DNA of 62,980 bases, the filler included, from Choristocarpus tenellus KU-1152 (Eukaryota > Protista > Phaeophyceae), in NCBI GenBank assembly GCA_964200185.2. It is 14 parts of 14 records of this genome, joined end to end, with 100 filler letters (N's around TTAATTAATTAA, not from the genome) between each part and the next. Parts side by side here need not be neighbours in the genome. Positions count along the whole stretch, not along the records: positions 22,249 to 25,743 come from CAXNAD020019642.1; positions 25,844 to 31,884 come from CAXNAD020009094.1; positions 31,985 to 39,682 come from CAXNAD020005732.1; 11 more parts are not named here. The stretch is one strand, 5' to 3'. Of this stretch, positions 24,950-38,100 are shown in pieces. The first letter of the stretch is position 1. Every line of letters begins with the position of its first letter. The translations under genes were made by a program, and so were the position numbers. The notes beneath the pieces were generated by a model. The model saw nothing but the letters and a program-made list of their open reading frames with translations. It was not told the origin of the DNA and did no database searches.

Positions 24950-25400
24950 GGCACAGCCCTCCCCAGTGACTATCCTTCTGCTGCTGCTCGAGCACCATGG
25001 CTACGAGCTTGTAAAACTTCTCCTGCTCTTTTCTCACAGGCACAGGCCACCTCTTAGTCTTTCCTCCCAGGGCTGTTCAATCAATGTGGTCGCTTAGTTG
25101 GGGATGCTTTCCTTCTTATCTTTCTTCCCGAATACATTCTTATAGGGATTACCCATCCACACCTCCTTAGCACAGAACACACGGATCCCCTGCACCTTCC
25201 TCCTGACTGTGCTGGAGTACTTTGGTTGCTTATTTGTAGATATATCCAATCTTCTTTTCCACCCAACATGGCTCCCCCAGGTTTTACCCATGCACACTCC
25301 ACTGATGTTGCTTTCCTCATGGTGCTGCTAGAGCATTGTGACAACTAACTGGCAGAGATTTGCCTCCTCTTTTCCTCCGACCACAGCCCCCCACCGTGAC
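24950..25400 (-). mobile_element. Possible tyrosine-recombinase (DIRS/Ngaro-like) retroelement remnant
   Basis: Broken peptides LSQCSSSTMRK...AWVK...YL...GNPYKNVFGK resemble the N-terminal SAM-like part of YR ORFs. No catalytic residues visible. Confidence 0.25.
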
Positions 25401-25912
25401 CCACTGAGTAGTGCACCCTGCAGTTACCCCATTCTCGTCATAGGAGGTCGGTAGTAGTAGCTCATTTCTCACTTTTGCAAATGAAACACAGGAGTGCTTA
25501 AGAGGGTTATTACTTGACAGGAATATCGCAATACATAAATCTGAGCGAGTGTAAATCTCTGGACGGATGTACTTCTGTCGACAAAGTTAAAAGATATGCT
25601 TGTAACATGAGGTGGAGAGATCAAGCACATAACAATACTATGCTGCAAATTGAGTGAAGACCCCACTCCTGTGCAAGTTACCTTGGGAGGTAATGCTATT
25701 TGTTAGTAGTGAAGATAAGAAGGTGTGAAGCCTCACACGACCCNNNNNNNNNNNNNNNNNNNNNNNNNNNNNNNNNNNNNNNNNNNNTTAATTAATTAAN
25801 NNNNNNNNNNNNNNNNNNNNNNNNNNNNNNNNNNNNNNNNNNNGGGAGTGGGGTTAGTCTCTCTCACTTCTGGAAGACTGATTTCCACTCGCCCTTTTTC
25901 TCTTGTTTTGCC

Positions 25913-25944
25913 GGGTTAGGGTTAGGGTTAGGGTTAGGGTTAGA
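25913..25944 (+). repeat. Interstitial telomere-like (TTAGGG)n tract
   Basis: About 5 consecutive GGGTTA units. Shorter tracts at ~637, ~2433, ~6710 and ~56108. Confidence 0.85.
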
Positions 25945-26090
25945 GGCTTGCTAGTTTTTGTAACCGTCGACCCTTTTGAACGGTGGACCCTGTTCTCGAT
26001 GAAACAGATGGGAGTCCCCTACCTAGTCCCTGACAACACACCAACAGGAACAGGAAGGAGAAAACCTGAACGTTTACAAGGAGGCGGCGG

Positions 26091-26122
<32 letters not shown>

Positions 26123-26244
26123 CTTGTAACCTGCCCCGATTCCCATCATATGCGCCCTCCCAAAGAGAACTTGGTCATCGCCTCACCCGTGCGTGATAAA
26201 CGCACGAATCAACACGTTCTCTTATTGGCCGCTTGGAACCGCAG

Positions 26245-26586
26245 TCCATCCCTGGCAAGGCCCCCAACATCTTCATGAGCAGGAAGGCGTTACTGACGGG
26301 GGAGGAGTGCAGCAAGGTTATCGAGGTGGCCGAGGAAAGCGCTGCGGTGTGTATTTTGTATTAACATTGGAAATAATAAATAAATAATGATGATAATAAT
26401 AATAATAATAATAATAATAGTAAATATTACTTCCAAGCTTGTTTAGTAGTTGATGGGTGCATGGCGTAGAATTTGTGCTTGTGCCTTCTTTTTTTTCTTT
26501 TTTTTGTGCTGGTTTTTTGTTGCTGTTCGCTACGAGCGTTCTGTGGGGGGTACATACATACATACATACATACATACATACATACA

Positions 26587-26617
<31 letters not shown>

Positions 26618-29600
26618 GTATATGTAGCACCCTTGTTCAGCGTAAGTTCAAACAGTCTGTGAGGCAATGCATGAGGTGATATCAGCAATTCTTAATCTTT
26701 TTGTGGGGGCCTTTTCAAAAACCCACCGTGAGGTATACCCTAGTATGTCATCAAAATCCGACTTGTTCTGCCAATTCTGTGACACCCACTGTAAAACATT
26801 AAGAAACGCCTTCCCAATGGGGGCATTGCTTCCGCCCCCCTTAACGCTCTGCTCGAAATGATGCAGCACAGAGGAAGGTGAAACAATATTTTTGTTGGTT
26901 TTATATACAAGGTGAAACAATAAGTTTGTTGCTGTTTTATACAAGGTGAAAAAATATGTTTGTTGCTGTTTTATACAAGGTGAAACAATATGTTTGTTGG
27001 TTTTTAATACAAGGTGAAACAATGTGTTTGTTGGTTTTTTATACAAGGTGGATTTTTTATTTCCGTTTCTCAGCATCCTAAGAACGAGACCTTGCCGACC
27101 TCTTGATTACTTTGGTGCACACCACTTGGGCGATGTGTGTCATGGTATTGGTTGAAGTAGTGATGATGATTGAAGTAGTGATGAGAGGGAGACCAAGATG
27201 ATATCACACTGCCGTTGAAGTAATGTCTCCACTCACATTTGAGTATTTGAGAAGTACAGCACATTGTGTGTATGTGTGTGTGTGTGTGTGTTTGTGTATG
27301 TGTATGTAGATAGTTGCGCAATTCGTTGTTTTTTTTCCACTAGCTCTATAGCCACCTGTATACACGTTTTTTTTCCACTCTCTCTAGCGTATGTTACACA
27401 CACGGCAAACACACCCGGATGAGTGTTTGTTTGTAGGGTTCATTCGATAATACTAAGGGCAAAAGACAAAAAAGACATTCAGAAAACAGGGGTCCGTCAT
27501 CAAAAGATGATTCGAATGCACACTTTGGCCTTTGAAGTGCTTCTTTTGTGCACTTGTGTGGTTGATTTACCCCACCGAAACACCCTCACAAGTGTCCGGC
27601 GTTGAAAGCAACTGACGAGCATTTTTGTTGTCTATTATCAGAGAGACGGCTCTGTTGGGTGGGCTGCAGAACCATGCGGGGGGGAAGGGGAGGGGGGGTG
27701 GCGAGTAGCCCCATGCAGCAGGTGCAGTGATTCCCTCTAAGTTGTACTATTAACCCTTCACTAAGATGAGAGAGAGGTTGATGGATGTGAATTCCACCTA
27801 GGCGGAATGATGTGGATCTTTCGTTGCCTCAGACATTGCAAGGTACCATAGGGGATCGGAGTAGACCATTTCAGCAGCACTGGCACTCCAAAGTATTTGC
27901 AAGCATGCACCCAGTAGTAGAAGGGATACAGAACCTCTGGACCTGAAATATGCTCCCAGAGATAACACTTCTTTGAGAAAGAGATGTTTCAAAGTGTGGA
28001 GAAAGATGTTAACTTGTACCCTGTTTTTACGAGGCTACTGTTTTATTGAGCCCCTCTCTCAAAAGCCCTAACAGCTCCTTGCACCTTGCTTGATCTGAAA
28101 AAGGCCATGGGTGGATGGACTACATCTCGTCACTATACGGTCCCGACAACAGACATACCAATGCACAGTCTTAGTCCTCTTCTCCCTTGGTTTCGCTCAC
28201 TACTTCGGTGAGTGAGGGAGAAATGCATGGGGGAGGGGGGGGGGGGGGGGTGAGATACGTGAAACCAGCGCTTGTGCACGTTACCTCTTTTTGTCTCTCA
28301 CAAATACCTAAGTTTTAAGAATCGAGTGAAAAATGGGAGTTTCTGTGAGGGTTGGGTTTTTTAGTTAGGTTTGGGGTTGTAGGCGTGTCTGGAGAAAACG
28401 TCTGCACACTGTTAATGTGGCATAGGCTGCTCATTCCTGATAACAACATTCCTGAGCACTGAAGAACTTAGAAGTAGGTTGTGTTTCCAAAGTAGTTCGT
28501 TCCAAGCAAGTGTGTTCCATTGGGGTGTAGGGTAGTAGGAAGATAATACTGACAGGTTACAGGACTGAATATAGATGTAATTTTTGAAGGCATACTCTGT
28601 ATCCTCATTGTGAAATTCTTTTTTCTTTCCTTTCCACCACCCCTCAGTCCTTCCTGCTTCTCATTGGGCTTGCTGTTCCTCGTTCCTCCATCTCAAGCAC
28701 ATGTACTCTCTGTTTCTGATGACACAAACGGTCACATCTTGTGAAAAAGTGTTTTCGTTGCTGTAGTCTCCCTCCTACGCTCAACAATTCAGCTGCTTGA
28801 GTGAGCTACCACCCTCTAGTCTTGAGTGTTTTCGAAATTCTATCCTCTGCTGTGTCTCCTATCCCAACCAAAAAAACTGCAGGCGTAGACTCTTCCCTGC
28901 CCTTGTGGAGCAGTTTGGCAGTGGGGCGAGGGCTGGGGGGTCTGCAGAGGGTTTTGCTGTTCATGATGCATTTGTGGTGAGGTATGAGGAGGGCCGGCAG
29001 AGGCACCTGCCACTGCACAGGGATCAGTCTACTCACTCCTTTACGGTAGGCGACACGGCATAATCTTCTTGTTTGCTGCTCTGGATCCACACTACATCAT
29101 TCCTTGTGCTTACCATGCTGCTCTCTTCCTCACCACCCTTTGGCATGTTCCATTCACCAGTGATTGTGCAGTGTTCAATTATAATATTATGAGAGGTTCA
29201 GTGAGTGATCAACGCTGTGCTTTTCGCCTCCTTCCCCCCCCTCTCCTACACTCCTCTTCTATATGCCTGCGTTTCGGCAGATTGCTCTGAATAGCGTAGA
29301 TAAGTACGAGGGTGGGGGGACGTTTTTTCCCTGCCTCGGTCGATCCTTGAGACCGAAGAAGGGGCAGGTATTGTTTTTTGATGGAGGGATCTTGCATGCT
29401 GGCGATCCCACCTGCTCGGGTGTGAGGTAGGTAGTGCTTGGGTGGCGTGTTCATGGTAAGCTTAATCCTGCATTTTGCTGTTTCAAGACACCTCATTTTG
29501 TCCGCCCCGTGTATTGAGAGTAGTACCTCTTGCTCTTGTTGCTCCTATGCAAACACACGTGAGATGCCCCCCTTTTGTATTATTTTCATCCTCTTGCCGG

Positions 29601-31382
29601 ACAGTCTTGTATGACGGAGTTTTAGGCAGACACCAAACGGACTCGAGGCAACAGGCTACTATTAGGACCGTGGACTAAGAGTTGGTCTTATGATCTTTCA
29701 TCGGTATTGTTAGTTACCTACAATGTGCTTTTTGTCGCCTGTACCCTGTGTGCACCCCCTTATGTACATAGTACACAGGTGGCAATCGACTATTGTCTTT
29801 CCCAAGTATAATAAGGAGTGCTTCGAAGAATGTTTAGTATTTCGAGATTTTTCCAGTGGTTGAACCTTCCTGTTTGTACTAAAATATGCCCTGTAAGTGG
29901 TTTGTGGATGCAGGGACAGATTTGGAGTTATGCAAGGGATCTTTTTTTTTTTCTCTTCAGCATGGGTGTACACACTTACTGGAGTGGGTGTCAGACATAA
30001 GAAATAGTTTTTGTCCAATTTGCTGGGGAAAAGGAGCAGCAACAGAAACTCGCAACTTGTAGGTGGTCAAGTGAAGCAGACTTCACTGCTAGACAATTAA
30101 CAGGTTGCCAGTTCTGGATATGAGGATGACACACCACAGAATGTGGTCTGATTTATTTTTTTTCGAGTCTGGTCACTTCACTCTTTTCTCCTTGATAAAG
30201 GAAATTGCAGTCTTGCTTGCAGTCTTGCTTGCAGTGATTGGTGTGCTTTGATTGACTCCTTATGGTAGGAGTTGTGTCAATCACTAGGTTACACCACTGG
30301 TGTATGGCAAAGCAATTAGCTCCAGGTCTACGCGGCCATGTTTACCAGCCTCACTAATCTCTGAAGGAGATAGTATATCAACTTCTAAAGTTCTCCAAAG
30401 TGTTACATTTTACTTAAGAGTCTTTAGTTTTTCTACTAGGAAAACGGCATGATAGAAGAGAGTGGCTCTGCTAGAACATCAGAATCCGTTAGCCTACAGT
30501 ATGTTAAAGGGCATATTCTACATTCTTTTTGTCCACTTATTTTAGTAGTACAACTTGTTTCATGTTGCATGGAATGACTGACTGATCTTACTTTAAAGGT
30601 TTCCTTCACCATCCGTGGTTGTCAATAGGCAATGATCGGACACAAGAGGGAATCGCCCGAAAGCATCGATAATTGTTGCTATACTGTGCACTATGGTTGA
30701 CTTTGTTGGTGCATTTTGTTTTGCTGTCTGGTGTGTTCTTGACTGATACTTTGTTTGGGAGTATCTAGAGGGATTTTATCACTGGACATAGAAAAATGGT
30801 ATGATGTACTCTGTGGAGAGGGAGTAAACTGTGAAGCAGCCTACTGGGATACAAACAGCTCAATGAAAACAACACAAATCTCTCCTCGCCATAAGGCAAG
30901 CCCTCCCTTTCTTCAGCCATTACCCTCCTTAAGTTCCCCCACCCCTCTCAATAGAGACAATTCCCCAGATATAACCCAATTTCCCCCCACTCAACCACCC
31001 AACTAAACTATCATCCAGGTACATCATGGCCTGCTTCGTGTACACCCTCAATCCTGATCCCGCCCTTCCAGGCCTTCATTGTAGAGGCGGTGCAGAGAAT
31101 CTGCTGCAGGGTCTGTATGAGAGAGCAACTTTGGAAGGTAGAGGGGGGGAGGAAAAAGGGAAGCATGGTCTGTCAGCCAAAACGAATGTGGATGAGGGAG
31201 AGAGGAAGGGGGGGGTGAGAGGAAAAGGAGAAAACTGTGTTAGATCTACAGGAGACAAGCGGATATTTGGGACAATAGAGGTGAAAGATGGCAAACAAGA
31301 GCACACGGAGGGCAGGTGCAAGAGGCCAACCATTGATTTTTGTGCTGACAAGGGATTTCATTTTGGTTTCACATCAGAATAA
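26245..31382 (+). CDS. 2-oxoglutarate/Fe(II)-dependent dioxygenase (prolyl/lysyl hydroxylase-like), 5'-partial; exons 26245-26346, 28104-28207, 28883-29045, 29281-29426, 31019-31382
   Basis: All four introns are GT-AG and phase-consistent. Protein: LLTGEECSKVIE...GGWTTSRHYTVPTTDIP...DAFVVRY...LPLHRDQSTHSFTIALN...YEGGGTFF...GILHAGDP..SGVRYIMACF. HxD...H facial triad and the 2OG-binding Arg are present. Confidence 0.92.
26551..26615 (+). repeat. (TACA)n microsatellite
   Basis: About 16 units. Other SSRs: (CA)n ~185-228 and ~6851-6884, (CTGT)n ~26092-26120, (TAA)n ~26385-26419. Confidence 0.95.
26875..27050 (+). repeat. 34-bp minisatellite, 5 units plus a partial unit, intronic
   Basis: AAGGTG recurs at 26875, 26909, 26943, 26977, 27011 and 27045. 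Consensus approximately AAGGTGAAACAATATGTTTGTTGCTGTTTTATAC. Confidence 0.92.
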
Positions 31383-31670
31383 TTGGATGGATAGGTGGTG
31401 TGTTCTTTCCATGTTTTCGTTGCTTTCCTGACCCCAAGTATTTTATCGCTCAAGCTTGAAGGATGTGAATTTATTTAAGGTAGATGTATTGTGCCATGCT
31501 TGCAAAGTAATGGCATGCATATTAGCCTTGAAAACGATGGGTAGTATGGACAGAAAAGAACTCAGGACTACGATTGCTACTTTGATTGGGTAGTAGATGT
31601 TGTGAAGAGAGGAAAGTATAAATTTGCCTCAGAAAACACTGGGGGGAAAATAAACTATTCAAAACAATCA

Positions 31671-31835
31671 GGCTCAAAGTATCTGGAGGGAGTGGGGGCT
31701 GTCCATATGGGGTCAATTTTTTTATGTCGCGTTTTTGGGTGATTTGGTTGGATACGTCGGATGGATAATGTAAATGCACTTTTCCTTATTTTGGACCAAA
31801 TGGACACCCTGGTGCCGCGCGTTCCCCGGCCCCCC
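31671..31835 (+). mobile_element. MITE family B copy
   Basis: Starts GGCTCAAAGTATCTGGAGGG. The body matches the complete copy at 62587-62760. Right end degenerate. Confidence 0.85.
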
Positions 31836-31984
31836 TCTGCAGCGGTCCTGTCTATTCGGTGTAGCAACTTGTGCACGTCGAGCGNNNNNNNNNNNNNNNN
31901 NNNNNNNNNNNNNNNNNNNNNNNNNNNNTTAATTAATTAANNNNNNNNNNNNNNNNNNNNNNNNNNNNNNNNNNNNNNNNNNNN

Positions 31985-32049
31985 AATCGCGACATGAAAA
32001 TATTCACCCCAAATGGACAGCCACCACCCCCCCCTAGGTACTTTGAGTC
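31985..32049 (-). mobile_element. MITE family B terminal fragment at contig start
   Basis: Reverse complement of the family B left end (...CCCCAAATGGACAGCC...GGTACTTTGAGTC). Confidence 0.8.
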
Positions 32050-32127
32050 TCACACTCTACTACTACGGCATATGCCACAGAAGGAGGTAGATTTTTGTGA
32101 ACTTATTCTAAGCTGTGCATATTTCAC

Positions 32128-35100
32128 CTCGCATATGGCTGGGTGCATGCGGTACTGAATGTTTAGCATACTTCCGGAGGCCCCCGCAGTCAGAGCCCTC
32201 TCCATTAGACTGCGTGAGTGGTGCATTTTCACCCCAGTCCTCAGTCCACCAAGGGCTTCACCACGAACACTGTAAGGACTGTTCCTGTGTGAGTCTGTGA
32301 TATGCGTGAAAGGCTGAAGTTGCTTGTCGTCTCCAATAAGGGTAAGATTCGTCACCCCAAGGCCAAGGACAACAGGAATAGCCGTCTCCAGCACACAGGC
32401 TGCCTCGTCTATGATTGCTGTGTCGAATACAACCTTTGATTTATTTTTTTTACTTTTCCCTCTCACCACTCCCTCTTTTGTAACTTTTGTGACAGCAGTA
32501 AGCTCCGAGACAATGTGCCCAGTGCTATTAATGGTAGAGAGCAGCACACGTGTCTCATTCAAGATACGGACCCTAGTCAGGTTCTTCAACCTATTAACGA
32601 TATTGTGTACCCTACCATTGCCGATGTTGAGCACTTCCTTCCACCGTTCAACACGGCAGAACATGGTCAACTTTCCAGTCCTATTATTCCCCCGAGCAAC
32701 AGTCTCAAGAGCTGCACGGATTGCATCAATCCAGCGTGAAACAGTTTTGCCCCTTCTGGTAAGACAAGGATACCCGCTCTCTGCCTTTTCAGTCTCTTCC
32801 TCGAGCAGCGAACTCAGGCGTTGCAGGCCTGGCAGTGCACCAACACGCGCTGCCCACCACTCATTCAGAGAGCAACAGACTTTGTCCAAGGCATCTCGCC
32901 ATGAGTTTAAGATAGAGCACCAAAAGATGATCTCATTATCTTTGTCTATGCGACTATCCAATGTGAACTCACGAGCCCGATCTCCAAGTCGTTTTTCATT
33001 CCCAAAGACCTGAGGGAGGGGAAGTGATAGAGACAGATGAGATTAGGTCATGCAAATATGAATTGGTGTATCAGCAGAGGTGATGCCGTGATGATTGGTA
33101 TAGTATCATCAGTAGAGTTCTGTATAAAATATCGTAGAGCTTAATTACAAAGTGGTAGTAATGTACCACAGCCATACAAGACAATGGTAGGAACTTGAAT
33201 GAGTAATCTTTGGGGTTAAGCCAATAAGCATCAGACACGACATCAACCTTCCACAAAAACAGATCCCCCAGACCTTTTTTTACGATAACACAAGATGGGA
33301 CTCAAAAAAACCACGTCACCCCTCGTGTTTCCTAACGAATACTCCATATATTGTATAATCCTGAGTACCAAAGTACCTTTAGTTCATCTAGAGTAGATAC
33401 ATAATTTGCACGGCCCATAAAGCCAAAAGATGATGATGCAATGCACTTCAGAACACGCAACACACTCTTCTATGAGGTGGAAATATAAAATTATGTAATA
33501 GAAGAATCCTAGAACAAGGATACAGCTTTGCTTAAAACAGAATGTAAATCTATGTTTACATATACTTCAAAAATATCATAAAACTCAAAAGGGGATGAAA
33601 AAAATATGCATGAGAGTAAGCTCACAAAGAAGCATTCATCACACAGTAAAATCGCCCCTCCCCCTTGCTTGTACTCTCGGTTTAATTTTATTTGTAGATA
33701 AGACATTCTCCACGACAGACTCACCACTTTCATTTTTTCATCGTAAAATGTAGCATATTAGATTGGTACGAGAATATTGATGATTGATAAATAATTGACT
33801 AAACAAATGTGGGAACACAAAGATAAAATAATAGTAGGGTATTGCTAAAATAATAGATCCCGTGAGTATTTGTGACCAATGTCATACCCCCCCGCTTCCC
33901 TTCAGACTGTTGTCCAACATTCTTCTGTTCTAAACAATATTGAGGAGACAGTTGTTGGCCAAGAATGGGATCTGTAGTTTTTGCTGCCTGGTAGTGCCCT
34001 GGCCTGCCTGTCATGCGTCCATTATCTATTGAGAGTTCACTACCAGTCACGTCGAGGATCAAACCTATGCGCAGGCCCCACAGGTATACGTTTACTCTTA
34101 TCTCAATCATCAAATTCTGTACAGGCAGGTGTCCAGAAACAGCCTCTCTCTCTGCCTTTCCTCCTGGTGCCGCAGGAGTGCATCCTGACTCCTAGTTACG
34201 AGGAGCTTAACTTTCCCCCCAGGCACAGACAATACATCCTCCCCCCTGGTCATGTTGATTAGAATACTCGGATCTCGTAGAAAAAGCAACCAACGTTTTT
34301 TTAATGTTGGAAGGACAGATAAAGGGAAGTCCGTATTCCCATGCACCCACATAAACCTAGAGCAGCACCCTCACATTGTCCATTTTATGTAACTTAAGTA
34401 GGCTAATAAAAGTATTTTGTTGTGATTATTGCCTACAGTCTCACTTTTTGGCGCCTTGATAGAGGTCTCATCACGCTGGCAACAATGCATGTGAACAAAA
34501 GGAAAAACGGTGCCAGATTGCTAAGAATTGTTCTTGGAAGTCAAAGTACCTTAGAGATCGCACGTGCCTGTTGCTGTTATTTTAGAAGCAATCAATAAGT
34601 TAGAGTCAAAGTATCTAAGAGGGTAGAGTCGTGTCTGTTTGGGGGCCAAAATCCAATGTTGCAATTTAGATGAAATTTTGGTTATCGTCTTTGTTAAGTA
34701 GTGTCAATATCCTTGTTCGGGACATTTCTTTTCATAACGTACATATATTTCCTACTCCGAAACATTTCGGAGTAGGTAAATTGTCATAAAAACCCGTGGG
34801 AAGCCAAGCCCCAAACGGATAAACAGGGCAAAACTCTTCCCCTCTAAGATACTTTCACTCCTTGGTCGTGACGTCACCGTGCGTAAACCAAACCTAATGT
34901 CCCCAACGCATACTCGCCTGCCCAGTGTGTGGAACTGAGTGGAAGCGAAATAAAAGCCAGCTCTGCTCAACATGGATTTTTGCTCCTGGGAAATCACAAA
35001 CTTTCTGAATTATTGGTGCACACTCCCAATACCAACTTCTGAGATCTAATTCCATTGCGAGGTAGTATTTTTCTGCAGTGTTCTTGTGGACGAAATCTCA

Positions 35101-38100
35101 TTTGGCAGAGAGCAAACAGTGACGTAAAAACACAAACCAAACCAGAAAAGTTGTGGCTATGTCGGAAATCAGCGATACCACAGAAACATTCTTGGCAACA
35201 TTTCTCAACATATAACATACAATAAACGTAAATGTCCAAAACTCTCTCCCCACTACTGGAGACTATTCGACGTTACAATAATAGACTCTGGCTACTCGGA
35301 TGTGAGGTTCAGTGATGATTATATTTAGCCATGAACTTAGGAGTTGTAACTCACCAAGACCCCAAAGGACGAAATCTTGTTGACCACAGCATCGATGGCC
35401 TGATTTCGGGTGCAGGTGACAATCACCCTTGCATCCGTCTTTACCTTACTGTTGATAATGTGCCATATTGTGGTGGATTTACCTGTACCTGTAAGTCAAT
35501 GTGACAACGACTTGCGATGTAAAAAGGAGTATAGACACTTGAAGGGCTACCAAACGCATTGTAGTAGTACCACAATTTGATGAACAATGATGCGATTTTG
35601 ATTAATGTTGGCTATTGTGTTTGTTGCCAAATGTCTATATCCTTGCTCCAGACACACCTTTCATAGAGGTATATATTTTAGGTGACTGTGTTCATACAGA
35701 AAACCGAAAAAGGGCATAAAAAACCGTGGGAAGCCGAGTCCCGACCAGACAAACAGAGGTAGGCTCCTACCCTCTGAAATGCATGGGATCTCAGTACAGC
35801 TTCACAATAAGTTGGCAGAAAATCTCGAGTCAGCATCAGAAACTGCACCGGTATCAGTATTGTGAAGAATTTCAAGTTGAATAATATATGGCAAAGTGAT
35901 ACCACTAACGAGCAAAACAAGAGCCCTGCCCACAAAAATGTGTTTAATTAGCTCTACGTAGAAGAAGTGATGCTTACCTACAGGTGGTGATAACTAGTCG
36001 TTCGTGTAAACTACTGGGGAGGCTATAACTGCTCTTTCAGGTTTTATAAAATTTGTGTGTTTAAATCGATTGAACATGTGATTATTCGGTCACAGAGTGA
36101 AAGTATCTTAGAGGGGAAGAATCTTGGCCTGTTTATCCGTTTGGGGCTTGGCTTCCCACGGGTTTTTATGACAATTAAACTACTTTTAAATTTTTCGGAG
36201 TAGGAAAAATATGTACGTTATGAAGAGGTATGTCCCAAACAAGGATGTTGACACTTCTTAACAAAGATGATAACCAAAACTTCATCCAAATCGCAACATT
36301 GGATTTTGGCCCCCAAACGGACACGGCTCTACCCTCTAAGATACTTTGACTCCACAGTCCTACTGAAATTTGATATCAAATCGACATCTTATCCATCCAC
36401 TACTACATACCAACCCATCCATACCTGGGGGTCCAATAATGATGTCGAGGCCTCCAGATAGGGACAGAACTGCAGCCTTTTGGGATGTATTAGCAGGCGT
36501 CATGGTTGTGTCCAAGTGGGTATCACCATCAATGGGTCCATTTCCCTTTTCCGGTGGGATCTTGATGAAAGTACCCACAGCACCGCCACTATCACCTGGC
36601 CGTGCCACCACTTCGAGTAGTGACTGATTTTGCAACGAGTGACTCATTAGCAGTGATTGTAGTGATTGTGCACTCGTATACTCCTTCAAGAAGGATCCCA
36701 CATAGCCAAGAGAGCGAACCCTCACAGGCGTGTGTATTGAGCTAATACAATTGCTGGACTTAACACCAGACTCAGCTATCGCCACAATCAGAGCAACTGC
36801 GTTTATGTTTGAGCCCTCCCTGGAGAAATCACATAAAGCAGGGGTCGAGTTCCCCCCAAATTGCACAGCGTGTTTGGTCCATGGGTCTGTTTGAAAGTTG
36901 GGAACATAAGGTTCCATATTGCCCCTGTTGCTGCCATTGCGTGGTTGACCGTTGATACTGCTGCTCTCTTCTTCGGGTTCAGGACATCTGACCTCAAATT
37001 CAATTCTCTGACTATCACGTCTCTTTTCATTAGTGATTTCAAGCCACCCTTGGCCATCGAGACGATTAGCAGAGATCACTCCCCCCTTGAGAGCGGCTTC
37101 AAATTCAACCTGTGTATGTGCCAGCATGCTCTGACAGGCCGGAGATGGGAGGAGGTGAATATTTGCTTCATGAGGGATTGCACCTGAGGGGAACTACCAT
37201 CAGACAATCAAGATCATATTGCAGCAGCCTTCAACCTGCGCCAATGTCATTGTGAGGTGGTTTAGATGTGAATGTGTCGTAGACACACAAGTGTGCTTAC
37301 GTTAGTGATGAGCTCATACACGTTGCACAGGGATACAGAAAAGAAGTCGAGTACTAGACTCAGCAAAATTACTTTTCTATCACAACTGAGGATTGCAAAC
37401 CCGTTACAGCTGGACAAGAGTACCACGGAAAGGTATGAGGGAAAAGGCAGCTATCATGTAGTCAGTCACGTTTGCACTAGGAGGTGCTTGGATTATTTGT
37501 GTTCGACTAATTTGGATATTGATCGGTCCATTAAGTGAGAAGATATCAAGCATACTCCAGTGAGTGATACTACTCATCAGGCTGGTACAATGTTCTGTGA
37601 GAAATGGCAGCAAGTTAAGTTGTACCCTGATCCATCCTTCATTGTAGAAGATTGATGTTTCCCCTGTTATCTTTACTAGTATTGTTGAGGTTTCCTATCT
37701 GGTCAACCTACCTTGTCCAATGAAGGTCGGTCAAGCTTAAGGTAGGATTGAAAATTGACAAATTTTCCATCAATAAAAAAAGCGAGTAAAACATATAGAC
37801 CAAAGAATCTAGGAGATTTAGAGTCCTTCAAATAACATCCGGAGTGTGCGTAGTGTTTCTATGTTACGTACATACACAGGCTGGCGAACAGTAGTGCATC
37901 CAATGGCCAACCACATGTTGAATTTGGGGCTGAGAGTCAATGTGAGATTGACGATACTCGTTCGCGATTTCACGCGAGCGTGTGCACAGGATCAGGTAAG
38001 AAAAAAACATTTCAAGCGAGTGGGAGTATGGTCTGTCTGCGGCATACTCACTCGCAAATACTCTCGAGAAGAAGAAAAGTTATCCGGTATCGGTTTGCAT

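Noticed and set aside
26875-27050. CRISPR-like 34-bp periodicity
   Set aside because: The units are contiguous with no unique spacers, the context is a eukaryotic intron, and there are no cas genes.
28716-28750. Hammerhead-like CTGATGA...GAAA
   Set aside because: The stem II register does not fit the core, and I could not find stems I and III.
32324-33013. 229-aa + strand ORF
   Set aside because: Antisense shadow of the helicase exon.
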